Of a stretch of 64,000 bases of DNA, positions 1-9,734 are shown one piece after another. Location of the stretch: the IMG/VR virus record IMGVR_UViG_3300043399_000509; one strand, written 5' to 3'. Under the pieces are notes generated by a model. It saw nothing but the letters and a program-made list of their open reading frames with translations. It made no database searches and was not told the origin of the DNA. Within the stretch, counting starts at the first letter, position 1. Each line of letters begins with the position of its first letter. Origin of the DNA: a virus. The position numbers were made by a program, and so were the translations under genes.

Positions 1-49
1 TATAATTTCTTGATATGTCATATCTTCAATCCTCTCATGCTCATCAAAA

Positions 50-390
50 GTGCCGGGTTTTCTGTTACGAGGAAACCCGGCGAACCCTATGAGACCTTAA
101 GCCGCTAGGCGTGTCTCAAATGGAGCATTATCGTTTGCTGCCTTTACGTTTTTGACCCGATAACGGCGGAATCATGCCGGTCTTCTCCTCTTGTCCTTCA
201 ACGCCTGTCGATCCTAGTTCTGGCCCATCAAAAGCACTACTGGCATCCTGATTGACTTCTCCAACTGAGCCACGACAGCCCAATCTGTCAACCACCGTAT
301 CCCTTGCCAGTCGGGTTGGGAGTTACCCAGTTTCCTTTGGTAGTGCTTGTGGTGGACCAGTGCGGTACTGCCCCGCAGTCCAGTTCGTCT
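50..390 (-). ncRNA. ssrA: tmRNA, circularly permuted two-piece (alphaproteobacterial type)
   Basis: Minus strand order: T-arm plus CTGGTCC-A-CCA (ends 350), intervening segment 227-349, then GGGCCAG-AACTAGGATCGAC (starts 226) pairing with CTGGTCC with a G3:U70 Ala determinant. Tag ORF 138-97 = ANDNAPFETRLAA*. 3' hairpin at 52-81. Outer ends approximate. Confidence 0.95.
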
Positions 391-418
391 ATCTCCAATT
401 CTCATCAAAGACAACTTA

Positions 419-447
419 TTTATAGCACAGACAATCTCATTTGTCAA
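419..447 (-). promoter_or_regulatory. sigma70-type promoter upstream of tmRNA
   Basis: TTGACA-N17-TATAAA with TG-extended -10. Confidence 0.8.
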
Positions 448-479
448 TATCTATAAAGCATATAAAGAGTAGGTATTAC

Positions 480-662
480 TTAGTCTCCACGGTCAGCATA
501 TTTGTTCACACAAACGGCATATACTGCTTTTAGTCCTCCATTAAAACTTTTCTCAACAGCAACTTTTGCTTTCTCACATGCTTCGAGGCTGGCAAAATCT
601 GCTGTTGTGGTACCACCATTACTGTACCCAGAAATAAAGATAATCATAATCCAGTTCATCAT
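480..662 (-). CDS. small hypothetical protein with hydrophobic N-terminus
   Basis: ORF with GGAGA RBS, ATGA overlap with the ligase stop; F.S..ACE.A...C pattern. Confidence 0.6.
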   Translation of the reverse strand: MMNWIMIIFISGYSNGGTTTADFASLEACEKAKVAVEKSFNGGLKAVYAVCVNKYADRGD

Positions 663-1795
663 AGTTCTCCTGCTTTCCACTTGACCTTTATAATGTTACG
701 AATAGAATCAACATCCTTTTGAGACGAACAGTTTTTCAGTACAAGAGCAATCACCTTATCTCGTATATGAACTTCGTTGTTGTCCCAGCACGCAAAAAGA
801 ATAGACCGAGTAAAAGGATTTATCTTTGGTGCATACTCAGTGGCAAACTGCTTACGAGTTATACCATTTGCCTGAAAATGTATCAAGGTAGTTAGTACAG
901 TCATTACCTCCAACTCAATATTCATCAACAGACCTTCCTTGAAATGAATGACTCGTTCCTTGTCGCTGTCTGGTAGATTGGGAAGAATATCATCGATCTT
1001 TTCTTCAAGGATAAGCTTGATAACATTCTTTTCAAATAGAATATTTTCTTTGGCCTTATGAATAGCAACATACCATTCGGTTTTGATCTTTATCATTTCT
1101 CCATTCTCAAACCGAACTACCACACCTTCCATATCAGTCTGGTTCTTCAGGTCATCCAATAAACCGTGATACTGATCTACAACAGGAATATTATACCGAT
1201 AGGCATTTACACGAACAGCCTCGGGTGGCAGATACTTACCAGATACATTCTCACGGATTGCCAGTATGATAAGCTTTGATTCTTTGTATGGTAGAACAAT
1301 ACGATTGTCTGGGCTGATGAACTCAAAGATTGGAGTCATATTGTGTTCATGGCACAGCAAGGCAAACTGCTCATATAAAATATCTGGCTTGCTGGCAATG
1401 AAATCTTCTGCCTGTATTGCCACATCAGTAATACCCATTTTGGTTGCCCAACGGACATTACCATCAATCACCAGTGGAGTGATCATGCTTCCATCAAGTT
1501 TCTCCAACACAACATGTGGTATATTCCAGTTGATATTATCTGGTAGGGTATGTTCCTTTTCACCCAGGTTGAAGAACTTATGAAAGCGACGAGATAAAAC
1601 ACAACCGTTCTCGTCAAAGACAAGACCACGGCACTCCCGGCGAATAGGACAATCAAAGGAATCTTCGTGGGCAACCATATAGTTGAATACAGTATAGCCT
1701 TCACGGGTAGCCTCTATAAACTCGGGGCGACCTTGAATAGCCACCCTGACTTCATCAATATGATTTATCTCTGGAAACATTTTCAACATTCTCAA
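659..1795 (-). CDS. rnlA: RNA ligase 1 (T4 Rnl1/gp63 family)
   Basis: ECRGL, FHKFFN, motif I EKLDGS, TPIFE, EGVV and KIKTEWY motifs. Confidence 0.92.
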   Translation of the reverse strand: MRMLKMFPEINHIDEVRVAIQGRPEFIEATREGYTVFNYMVAHEDSFDCPIRRECRGLVFDENGCVLSRRFHKFFNLGEKEHTLPDNINWNIPHVVLEKLDGSMITPLVIDGNVRWATKMGITDVAIQAEDFIASKPDILYEQFALLCHEHNMTPIFEFISPDNRIVLPYKESKLIILAIRENVSGKYLPPEAVRVNAYRYNIPVVDQYHGLLDDLKNQTDMEGVVVRFENGEMIKIKTEWYVAIHKAKENILFEKNVIKLILEEKIDDILPNLPDSDKERVIHFKEGLLMNIELEVMTVLTTLIHFQANGITRKQFATEYAPKINPFTRSILFACWDNNEVHIRDKVIALVLKNCSSQKDVDSIRNIIKVKWKAGEL

Positions 1796-1952
1796 TACGT
1801 TTTGAATACTTTCATTTCACCACAGGTCTTACATTGTAAAGTAAACTTATTACCAATTCTTACGTCATCATCATCGACAATGATGGTCTCTTGGTATACT
1901 TCCCAATGATGATCGTGCCAAGCTCCCGTCCATAAAAATCTAAGTAACTTTT

Positions 1953-2165
1953 TCATATCACAACTTTCCATGCTCGATTGTTTGAGCACCAGTCAGCAAT
2001 ACAGTTTTCAGCAGTGATCAATTCGCTATTCTCACCGTGAAGTTTTACCATTCGGACCTTCCACCACTCCCAATGATCATTCAAAACTTCTTCTCGGGTC
2101 TTGGTGATCACAAGTGGTTCTTCGCCCATATCAAGGATAGGAGTATAGAAAGCATACTTTTCCAT
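1953..2165 (-). CDS. hypothetical protein
   Basis: ORF packed into the operon. Confidence 0.55.
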   Translation of the reverse strand: MEKYAFYTPILDMGEEPLVITKTREEVLNDHWEWWKVRMVKLHGENSELITAENCIADWCSNNRAWKVVI

Positions 2166-2166
2166 A

Positions 2167-2616
2167 TTAGTAATCTCCCGGCTTTACCTGCATACACCGA
2201 ATACCGTTCTCACGCCACATATTTACTACGGTGTTCCGGTCATCAAACACCATATAGGGATTGTAGCCATCAAGACGCATCTGGTCAAGCATATCTTTCT
2301 TCACAAGAGCATCATCCCGGTAATCATCCTTTTCACGCATGTATATTACATCATAGGACACCTCGGCAACATTCTCAAGCCACCATACAGTATCTTCCCG
2401 CTGCCGTTCACTACGGCCAGTTGAAATAATAATGCGGCAACCCTTTGCTTGAAACATCTTTAGAAGCCAGACCACATCTTCATAAACAGTATCTTCCCGG
2501 ACACCCTTATGAAAACCTTTCCAGCCTTTTGGACGGTCGTGCAGATAGTGCAGCCGATGACCTAAGTTAGCCAGTGTGCCGTCAATATCAAATATAATGT
2601 CCTTGGTCATTCGCAT
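2167..2616 (-). CDS. HAD phosphatase, like the PseT/PNK 3'-phosphatase domain
   Basis: FDIDGTLA motif I, STGR, FDDR..VVNMWR; no kinase domain. Confidence 0.88.
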   Translation of the reverse strand: MRMTKDIIFDIDGTLANLGHRLHYLHDRPKGWKGFHKGVREDTVYEDVVWLLKMFQAKGCRIIISTGRSERQREDTVWWLENVAEVSYDVIYMREKDDYRDDALVKKDMLDQMRLDGYNPYMVFDDRNTVVNMWRENGIRCMQVKPGDY

Positions 2617-2637
2617 TTTTCCTCATCATTACGTATA

Positions 2638-2666
2638 ACTATACCAGATCAGGACGGCAAAGTCAA
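2638..2666 (-). promoter_or_regulatory. sigma70-type early promoter
   Basis: TTGACT-N17-TATAGT. Confidence 0.75.
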
Positions 2667-2779
2667 GTTCTATTTTCCACACAAAACAGTGTTTAGTTGA
2701 GGCATATACAACCACTTAGTTGTATCTACGCCAAATGAGGCATAAAATATATGAAGGAAAATAAGTGGAGTGAAAAATA

Positions 2780-3217
2780 TCATTTTACGATTTCCCATTG
2801 ATAGTAATCTTCTGGTGGAGACTGAAAATCTACTTTTCTATCACTCATTGTCATAGAAAACATATAGACCTTTTGTTCAGAGTATATTGAATCAAACTTC
2901 CATCCAACGAATCCACCATCATCTTCATAACCAATAAGAACAGTGGATGCGGTTATATCATCACTTTTTTCCACAAAGACTGTGTAGTCCATATGTGAAT
3001 GTTTTGATGCAATCTCACCAAGTCTTTTTTCAAGGCCTGCTTTTATTTCATTCATATCCACAGTTTGTCTGGTTTCTTTAGCAACAGAAACCAACTCGTC
3101 CTTTACTTCATTTTTGATCATGTAGAACATAGAATGTTTATATTGTTGGGCATCGCTTTTACACGATCCCGCAACAATCAAAATGAGAGTAAGAACAATA
3201 ATAATATGTTTGATCAT
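2780..3217 (-). CDS. hypothetical lipoprotein/secreted protein
   Basis: Hydrophobic signal ending VAGSC. Confidence 0.6.
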   Translation of the reverse strand: MIKHIIIVLTLILIVAGSCKSDAQQYKHSMFYMIKNEVKDELVSVAKETRQTVDMNEIKAGLEKRLGEIASKHSHMDYTVFVEKSDDITASTVLIGYEDDGGFVGWKFDSIYSEQKVYMFSMTMSDRKVDFQSPPEDYYQWEIVK

Positions 3218-3720
3218 CCACGTTCCTCTGAGACACTAAAATCTGTTCCAAAGGCATGGTTCATACCTTTGTGGTTGAGTATAGTGTCTTTGAGTTCTGG
3301 TGTCAACTTTTCATTTCCTGTATAGTGAAAGGTTGTCTTTCCTTTCACTATTTTGACGATACCAGGAATGGCGTGTCTTTCACCAGCAGCAACAGTTTTA
3401 TCCTTGACTGCACCATGAGAAACCTTGCCATGTTCAAAGAATGATGCATGGCCGTTTTTAGACAGCCACGCACCAGCACGAGAATCAGAGGTCATGGGGC
3501 TATCCTTAGAAACATAATTCATCATATGCTTCTTCAGTCTTTCATCAAACATGGTTCTTTCATCAGGTTTGATTTTATCCCGAACATGAATAATACCATA
3601 TTCAAGGCCACGATGATTCTTGCCTGTATCAACATCGGTATAATCATTCTTTGGTGTTCTGGGCTTTGGTTTTGCTCTTGGCTCTTTTGCTTCTGCCAGA
3701 AGTTCTCTAAGTGTTTTCAT
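3214..3720 (-). CDS. putative internal head protein
   Basis: N-terminus MKTLRELLAE resembles the T4 capsid-targeting sequence; K/H-rich. Confidence 0.6.
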   Translation of the reverse strand: MKTLRELLAEAKEPRAKPKPRTPKNDYTDVDTGKNHRGLEYGIIHVRDKIKPDERTMFDERLKKHMMNYVSKDSPMTSDSRAGAWLSKNGHASFFEHGKVSHGAVKDKTVAAGERHAIPGIVKIVKGKTTFHYTGNEKLTPELKDTILNHKGMNHAFGTDFSVSEERG

Positions 3721-4448
3721 CCTACTATTCCAAGTTCTGTTCGTTTGATAATGTAATCTTTCACCAAGCCTGAGCGAACAATATCATTCTTCTCAAACTC
3801 AATGTAATCAAACTTGTTCATTCGTTTTGTTATATTTAGGAAATGCATAAGCCCACTTTTGTCTCTATCGTGGGTAAGGTCTGTCTGTCTAAAGTCACCA
3901 CAGAAAATAATGCGTGATTGATTGCCCATACGAGTCATCACAGTATCCAACTCTTGGAATGTCATGTTCTGTAGCTCATCAACAATAACGATGGCATTGT
4001 TGAATGTGAGGCCTCTCAAATATGATGTTGTGGTGAACTCAATTACGTTTCTTAGTTTGAGTATGTCATAGGCATCGCCTCTTTCAAATAGCTCATTACA
4101 TATTTCTCTGTATGGTTCTTCGTATACTTTGATCTTTTCTTTGATATTGCCTGGAAGAAAGCCCACATCCCTGGATGGAACAACCGATCTCACAATAACA
4201 ACCTTATCATATAGAGTCGAGCCTGATATGATTTCTTCCAATCCCAAATACATTGAAATGAACGATTTACCTGTTCCAGCAAAGCCGTGAAGAACTAAAT
4301 TCATTCCATTATTATAGGACGTGAATGTTTTCTGTTGGTTTGTTGTTAGGGGAGATATCTTTCTCAACTCAAATCTATTTTTGACGAGAGTATTATTGTT
4401 GTTATTGTTGTTGTTCTGGTTTGATTGTTTTTGCTTTCTTTTAGACAT
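3717..4448 (-). CDS. phoH: PhoH-family ATPase
   Basis: GFAGTGKS, GFLPG, YLRGLTF, DELQN, CGDFRQTDL and IVRSGLVK motifs; start chosen at the GGAGA-preceded ATG. Confidence 0.93.
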   Translation of the reverse strand: MSKRKQKQSNQNNNNNNNNTLVKNRFELRKISPLTTNQQKTFTSYNNGMNLVLHGFAGTGKSFISMYLGLEEIISGSTLYDKVVIVRSVVPSRDVGFLPGNIKEKIKVYEEPYREICNELFERGDAYDILKLRNVIEFTTTSYLRGLTFNNAIVIVDELQNMTFQELDTVMTRMGNQSRIIFCGDFRQTDLTHDRDKSGLMHFLNITKRMNKFDYIEFEKNDIVRSGLVKDYIIKRTELGIVG

Positions 4449-4551
4449 ATCGTCTCCTTTATGTGCAGAAAAGGCCCTTCTCATTTTTTGAGAAAGACCC
4501 TTTCTTATACTTCTGTCGGTAACTCTGTTTTTAGAACTATACAAGTTTTTG

Positions 4552-5115
4552 TTATACCTCTTTTGGAATGCCCCATCGCTTTGAAGCGACGGCTGATGCC
4601 CCTGGGACTTCTTTTACTTTACCCAGGACATATTTTTGAAAGTCCGCTGGTGGCTTTGTGACACCAATGCCAACAGGATCAACAATATTCATTGAATCGT
4701 ATACTCGTTCCATATGTGGATTATGGTTTTGGAACTTTTCCATTTCACTAATAGACATAAAGAGGTCTACGATCTCGTCTGTCTTTGTATTATGATATCT
4801 ATAAGTTGGCATTTTTCCCTCGCTCATTGGAACTGATTTCTTGGGTCTTACTGCTGGCTTTGGTTTGGGTGGCACGATCTTTGGTGCTGGTGTTGTCTTT
4901 GGGACTTCTGTTGTTCTTGGTCCAGGAAGAATATGATCAAAGTTGCCCTTTGGTAATGGTTCTATCTTCTCTGGTTTGTCAGTCTTACCCTGACTCATAA
5001 AGGACTCAACGTCATCCTTGTTCCAAACTCTTTTATCAATAACATTCTTACTTTCTTTATCACCGGGTTGGTATTCTAACTCTTTCAGGTATTGCTTGAA
5101 TGACTTTACTTTCAT
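4552..5115 (-). CDS. internal-protein-like N-terminal region in frame with a conserved MPTY-type small phage protein
   Basis: MKVKSFKQYLKE N-terminus, Pro-rich linker, internal start MPTYRY at 4812 with its own RBS. Confidence 0.65.
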   Translation of the reverse strand: MKVKSFKQYLKELEYQPGDKESKNVIDKRVWNKDDVESFMSQGKTDKPEKIEPLPKGNFDHILPGPRTTEVPKTTPAPKIVPPKPKPAVRPKKSVPMSEGKMPTYRYHNTKTDEIVDLFMSISEMEKFQNHNPHMERVYDSMNIVDPVGIGVTKPPADFQKYVLGKVKEVPGASAVASKRWGIPKEV

Positions 5116-5144
5116 AACTTATCCTACAGTTGTTATGGATGTAT

Positions 5145-5690
5145 TTATATAACTAACCACTTTGGAGGTTGTCTTTTTGTATATATGTGTAGATGTTTTT
5201 TACCGTGAATATAATAGTTACGATAGTTCTCCACGGAATCTTCACTGATTATATATTGCTTATCCATAGCAGGGGTTGGTTGTGTGAAAGGTGTGGTTGG
5301 AATATTCTGTGGTGGTGAACCAAGCACTCCCAAAAGATCACAACACTTGTGTCGTTTGCCATACCTGTATGTGTATTCTTTTGTAAGCTCTATTGTGTGA
5401 TTGAATAGCCAATAATAGTTATCCTGGCACTCCCGGCACCAGACAGAAGATGGATGATTGACATGTGTTGCCTGATATATCACATCATCCCGTTGATCAT
5501 CAAGTTTCCATCGTTTGACCTTGCGACCACCTGGAGATAGGGCAATGTACATTTTACCATCCACCATACGATGGGCCGTTGATAGTAATTGAGTTGATTC
5601 TAAAATCATCTTCACTACGTGACGGTCAACAAGAGACTGTGCTGCGACTATGGGGGACTGGTCTACATAGAATATGTTCATTTGTGGCAC
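5145..5690 (-). CDS. pyrimidine-dimer DNA glycosylase-like (DenV-related family)
   Basis: MNIFY...DRHVVKMILES.QLLSTAH...THVNHPS.VW...YRNYY. Confidence 0.8.
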   Translation of the reverse strand: MPQMNIFYVDQSPIVAAQSLVDRHVVKMILESTQLLSTAHRMVDGKMYIALSPGGRKVKRWKLDDQRDDVIYQATHVNHPSSVWCRECQDNYYWLFNHTIELTKEYTYRYGKRHKCCDLLGVLGSPPQNIPTTPFTQPTPAMDKQYIISEDSVENYRNYYIHGKKHLHIYTKRQPPKWLVI

Positions 5691-5767
5691 TCCGGCATAA
5701 CATATAAAAAAAGAGGTTGGGACTATTCTATCCCAACCTCTTCAGGCGATCAAGTCTCATTTGATGA

Positions 5768-6316
5768 TTACGCAACCAACTTTTCAAGAGGCTGGTCATA
5801 CTCATCAAAGGACTCGTCAATGGCATACTCACCAGTCGTGGCACTCTCGACTTCTTCATCAAGCTCCACTTCTTCGGCTTCCTTGGCAGCCTTAGCTTCG
5901 GCACGAGCCTTTGCCTTTTCTACCTTGGCAGCTTCCTTTTCTGCCTTTACCAGAGCCCGAGCCTTGGCCTTTTCTGCCTTTTCAAGTTCCTTGGCAGCCT
6001 TGGCTTCTTCACGGGCCTTAAGCTTCGCTGCCTTGATAAACTCTCGCTGAAACAACTTCTCATTCTTGTCGTGTTCCTTTTGAACACGGGCAGCCATCTT
6101 GTCTTCATATTCCTGGGCAGTGCCCACACCGTTGTAGGTGTATGAAGCGATAGAACGGCCATCCTTCTCAACAGAGATATCATAACCTAGCTTACGCAAC
6201 TGCCAAACATAACGAGTGGCAAACTCATCGCCAGTAGCACTGTTGATATCAGCCGGGGTAACAGAGTCATTGGTCTTCAGTAGAGCAAGAGCAGTTTCAT
6301 GGGGACGCTTAGCCAT
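5768..6316 (-). CDS. hypothetical protein with putative HTH and A/E/K-rich coiled coil
   Basis: YVWQLRKLGYDI wing-like segment; AKAAKE repeats. Confidence 0.65.
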   Translation of the reverse strand: MAKRPHETALALLKTNDSVTPADINSATGDEFATRYVWQLRKLGYDISVEKDGRSIASYTYNGVGTAQEYEDKMAARVQKEHDKNEKLFQREFIKAAKLKAREEAKAAKELEKAEKAKARALVKAEKEAAKVEKAKARAEAKAAKEAEEVELDEEVESATTGEYAIDESFDEYDQPLEKLVA

Positions 6317-6364
6317 TAGTTTTTCCTCACAGGAGTTATATGTTCATTTCCAACTTACAAAACA

Positions 6365-6393
6365 AATATAGCATTTCTAAACTTATCTGTCAA
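6365..6393 (-). promoter_or_regulatory. sigma70-type early promoter
   Basis: TTGACA-N17-TATATT. Confidence 0.75.
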
Positions 6394-6432
6394 GCGGTAT
6401 TTGATCACAACTTTGTGATTTGAGTTGTATGT

Positions 6433-6624
6433 CTAATCTAACAAATCATCATTCAGGATTTGACACTGAACTTGATATCCAACTTGGACCCTGATTTGAT
6501 CCAAGACTTGATATCCAACTTGATCCAATACTTGAGACCTGACTTGAAACCCGACTTGATTCCAAACTTGTTCCTCGACTTCAAACCTGACTTGATATTT
6601 ATTTTGTTCTTCTACATTTTTCAT
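6433..6624 (-). CDS. QV-tetrapeptide-repeat small protein (outlying copy)
   Basis: QVWNQVGFQVRSQVLDQVGYQVLDQ. Confidence 0.7.
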   Translation of the reverse strand: MKNVEEQNKYQVRFEVEEQVWNQVGFQVRSQVLDQVGYQVLDQIRVQVGYQVQCQILNDDLLD

Positions 6625-6927
6625 TTCTTCTCTTACCTACCTTTGTCTTCACCAAAGACTTGGGACGTTCACCAGCATAGGAAACACCTACACGGGCAGG
6701 ATAGAAAGATGTATTACTCTTGTCTCGCTTACCCTTCTTACAGACTGTGATTGTCTTACCAGAAGCGACAAACTCTGCTAACTGGTCAGCAATGAGCACT
6801 CTCGTTTCTGTCTTCTTCATAACGATCTCCATAAAATATATGGGGAAGAACTTTGGCATGGTATAAGAACTTTTTTGCTGACAAACTCTGCGAATGTCAA
6901 GTCTTATGGTTCTTCCCCACAAATCCA

Positions 6928-7335
6928 TTATTCCAAGACGTAGGGCTTATTCCACTTGCCGATATTCACGCTGACATACCAACCTTTGTCAAAGTAATCG
7001 GTTTGAATGTCGGAGTTATCCCAGTTACCAGTATTCAGGGCCTGCATCAACTCAGTAAGAAACGCCTTACAGTCACCATCAAAGTAGTTTCGAAAATGAT
7101 AGGGATTGATACTAATATGGTCCTTGGCTTCTTCCTTCTGCCAGGAACTATATTGACTGATGGTACTCACGGTATTGTTGAAGTTGTTGATGAAGTCCAG
7201 CTTACCAGACTTGATATTACACACCAGAGTGGAATGATTGTCTACAGCAAAGGTTGCCTTGACACCATACTTTTTGAGAATGGGCTTTGCGAGTTCAACC
7301 AACACTTTCTTGTTCGTTTGGTTCATGTAAGCCAT
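6928..7335 (-). CDS. conserved phage hypothetical protein
   Basis: NSDIQTDYF..GWY....IGKWNKPY motif; early promoter at 7367-7395. Confidence 0.75.
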   Translation of the reverse strand: MAYMNQTNKKVLVELAKPILKKYGVKATFAVDNHSTLVCNIKSGKLDFINNFNNTVSTISQYSSWQKEEAKDHISINPYHFRNYFDGDCKAFLTELMQALNTGNWDNSDIQTDYFDKGWYVSVNIGKWNKPYVLE

Positions 7336-7391
7336 TGCTTGATTCCTATCTCATCATTACGAGAATATATTAGCAAATCACAGTGGCAATG

Positions 7392-7685
7392 TCAAGCGGC
7401 CTTTTTGGTGTTGTAGAGACACAACTTTTTGATGGGCCACTTTTCAACGACAAGCTTACCGTCGTCGGTTTCATCCACAACCACATATGCCACAGTTTTG
7501 AGCACTCGGGCATATCGGGTTTCGTTGCCTTGAGGACCGACATACACCAACTGTGGAAAGGAATGAATCTTGTTATCCGTAACAACCTGGAACACATCCA
7601 GGGCATTTACAAATTCAAACGGACGGGCCGTTTCTTTGTGAATGAAGTATCCAGTCACACGCATATTAGAAGCAGCGAAAGCCAT
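7392..7685 (-). CDS. hypothetical protein
   Basis: GAGGAG RBS; promoter at 7714-7742. Confidence 0.7.
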   Translation of the reverse strand: MAFAASNMRVTGYFIHKETARPFEFVNALDVFQVVTDNKIHSFPQLVYVGPQGNETRYARVLKTVAYVVVDETDDGKLVVEKWPIKKLCLYNTKKAA

Positions 7686-7762
7686 ATCGTTCTCCTCTCA
7701 TCATCATGAAAGTATAATAGCATGTGACTGGATAACTGTCAAACGAAAAGTTTTATGAGTTG

Positions 7763-8089
7763 TCAGTAAAAGTAAACGGTGAAGTCATCGATACCGGAGT
7801 TTTCCTTTACCATAAACAAATCACCATCTTCACCAGGAGACAAAACATACTTTACCTTTGTAATAGGATGAACAAAGGTTGCCTTGTTCAAAACAGCATC
7901 CCAGCACTCCCAATAAAACTCCTCATCCGGTCCTTTCAGTACAGTTTGATAATCAGGGTCGAAGTCTTCCATACCCCACATAAGATTATTAAACTGTTCA
8001 GCAAAGACCTGTGGCACATACTGGCCATGATGTCCATCAACAAGAAGTGTGGGATATTGTTCCATCATCTTTGGATCAAACTCATCCAT
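7763..8089 (-). CDS. hypothetical protein
   Basis: DGHHGQYVPQ.F and GPDEEFYWE motifs. Confidence 0.65.
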   Translation of the reverse strand: MDEFDPKMMEQYPTLLVDGHHGQYVPQVFAEQFNNLMWGMEDFDPDYQTVLKGPDEEFYWECWDAVLNKATFVHPITKVKYVLSPGEDGDLFMVKENSGIDDFTVYFY

Positions 8090-8236
8090 TCTTTGATTCC
8101 TTTCTAAGGTCTTTGTATTTCACATCCAGAACGACACTACCACTATTCAGCAGCACAGTATATCGTCCTTTTAGGTCAATGGAGAGGACTTTTCCTTCCT
8201 CTCCATTGATAACAACAGAATCATTTATCCAATACA

Positions 8237-8470
8237 TTATTTTCTCTTACGAATCAAATCACCCAAACCTTTTAGTTTGGGAATGTTGCGTTCAATCTCA
8301 AGGACGGCACTCTCCAAATCATCACGGGAGAGATGTCATACCGCTTTTTCAAGGTGGCTATCTTTGTAGTACACGGTATAGCCACCCTGTTCCAAGTACT
8401 TGATGATTTCATCATCTGAAAACTCATCAAGGGCTACCTCAACTGGAACATCAACTGTTATGTATGACAT
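8237..8470 (-). pseudogene. small ORF interrupted by one in-frame TGA (8336-8338)
   Basis: MSYITVDVPVE...AV*HLSRDDLE...RKRK*; final TAA overlaps the next ATG. Confidence 0.5.
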
Positions 8471-8482
8471 GTAATGTGTCCT

Positions 8483-8836
8483 TTAGAGATAGGCCGCACC
8501 ATAATGACCGAGTGCCTTGCCAATAGAATAGTCAGGCTCAAACACCGTGCCTCGAATGTGCTTTGCCGGAGCCTTCCAACTTGCGGCCTTGTAGATGTTA
8601 CCGGCAAGATCGATAAAGCAATACACACTCTTGCTATCAGAAGCATCTGCCCGCTCACGAACCAGCTTGATATACTTACGACCAACCTGTGCCGTGATCA
8701 CATCATAGTTACCATCAGCATAAAGTGACGGAAAAGTTTTCTTTTGATATTCCTTAACATACTTGTTAAGGGCAACAAGAAAATCCTTAAGTGCGACTTC
8801 CTTACCATCAGCATTTTTCATCACGAGATCAGTCAT
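8483..8836 (-). CDS. conserved phage hypothetical protein
   Basis: GRKYIKLV...SVYCFID..GNIYKAASWKAPAKH.RG; start set downstream of the promoter at 8867-8895. Confidence 0.75.
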   Translation of the reverse strand: MTDLVMKNADGKEVALKDFLVALNKYVKEYQKKTFPSLYADGNYDVITAQVGRKYIKLVRERADASDSKSVYCFIDLAGNIYKAASWKAPAKHIRGTVFEPDYSIGKALGHYGAAYL

Positions 8837-9196
8837 CTTTGTTCCCTCTCTCATCATCATGTAAGCATCATAGCACGGGCTGGAATGAATGTCAAGCACA
8901 TATTTTGATTATTAACACCAGCCTCGTTTGGGTATAATCTTAGTTGAAATTTCAACTACACCCTCGAAGACTTCTCTGTCAAAGTCTGAAATTTCTCTAC
9001 TTCCGTTTGAAAAGTAAATGTCGAGAAATTCAGCCTCTTTTTCTTCACTAATAACAAAGAACTCACTCCAACTTTTATATACGATTAGCATTAATCGTCC
9101 TCCACATATTCCAAAGCTTTCTGTATATAAGCATCTTAGCAAATCAGTCGGAACTTGTCAAACTAAAAATACTATGGTTGTATATCATCAGTTGTA

Positions 9197-9271
9197 TGGT
9201 GAACCCGGCTGGGATCGAACCAGCGACACACGGATTAAAAGTCCGATGTTCTACCACTGAACTACGGGTCC
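9197..9271 (-). tRNA. tRNA-Lys(UUU)
   Basis: Cloverleaf, loop CTTTTAA, encoded CCA. Confidence 0.93.
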
Positions 9272-9280
9272 AAAATAAAA

Positions 9281-9359
9281 TGGTCTGGGTGGATGGATTT
9301 GAACCACCGATCTTCTGCTCCCAAAGCAGACGGATTAGACCAGACTTTCCTACACCCAG
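9281..9359 (-). tRNA. tRNA-Pro(UGG)
   Basis: Cloverleaf, loop TTTGGGA, encoded CCA. Confidence 0.92.
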
Positions 9360-9482
9360 AAAAAATTCATCACTTTTTCAGATCAGACTTATATACTGTT
9401 TCAACGTTAAGCCATACATTATCAGTATCGCTGAAATACTGGAGCCGACGCTCACCATCATAATCAATAAACCATCTTAGTT

Positions 9483-9734
9483 TCATTGAAGCGTCATCCC
9501 TCGCTTTGGTAAATCTTCTTCATTGAGAAGTTCAATTATAGTATCTTTAAAATTTGGATTTATAATATCATTGATGGATAAAATGGCTTCACAATAAGCA
9601 GTAGCAATTATTGCAAACAATTTGGGATCGGAACCATGATTGTAACACATTTTTTTAGTCGCATCAAACAAATCCTTTACAAGATTGTTTATAGATTCAA
9701 TCTCTTTTTTGTTAGTCTGATTCATGTAATCCAT
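9483..9734 (-). CDS. hypothetical protein
   Basis: Promoter at 9766-9794; N-terminus YMNQTNKK shared with 6928..7335. Confidence 0.6.
   Translation of the reverse strand: MDYMNQTNKKEIESINNLVKDLFDATKKMCYNHGSDPKLFAIIATAYCEAILSINDIINPNFKDTIIELLNEEDLPKRGMTLQ

Noticed and set aside
214-447. 77-aa minus-strand ORF
   Set aside because: It overlaps the tmRNA acceptor piece, spacer and promoter.
4393-4416. Poly-Asn tract at the PhoH N-terminus
   Set aside because: It is a mixed AAC/AAT low-complexity linker with no sign of phase variation.
9018-9480. Plus-strand ORFs across the tRNA genes
   Set aside because: They are antisense translations of tRNA-Lys and tRNA-Pro; the same applies to 49459..49773 and 51939..52190.
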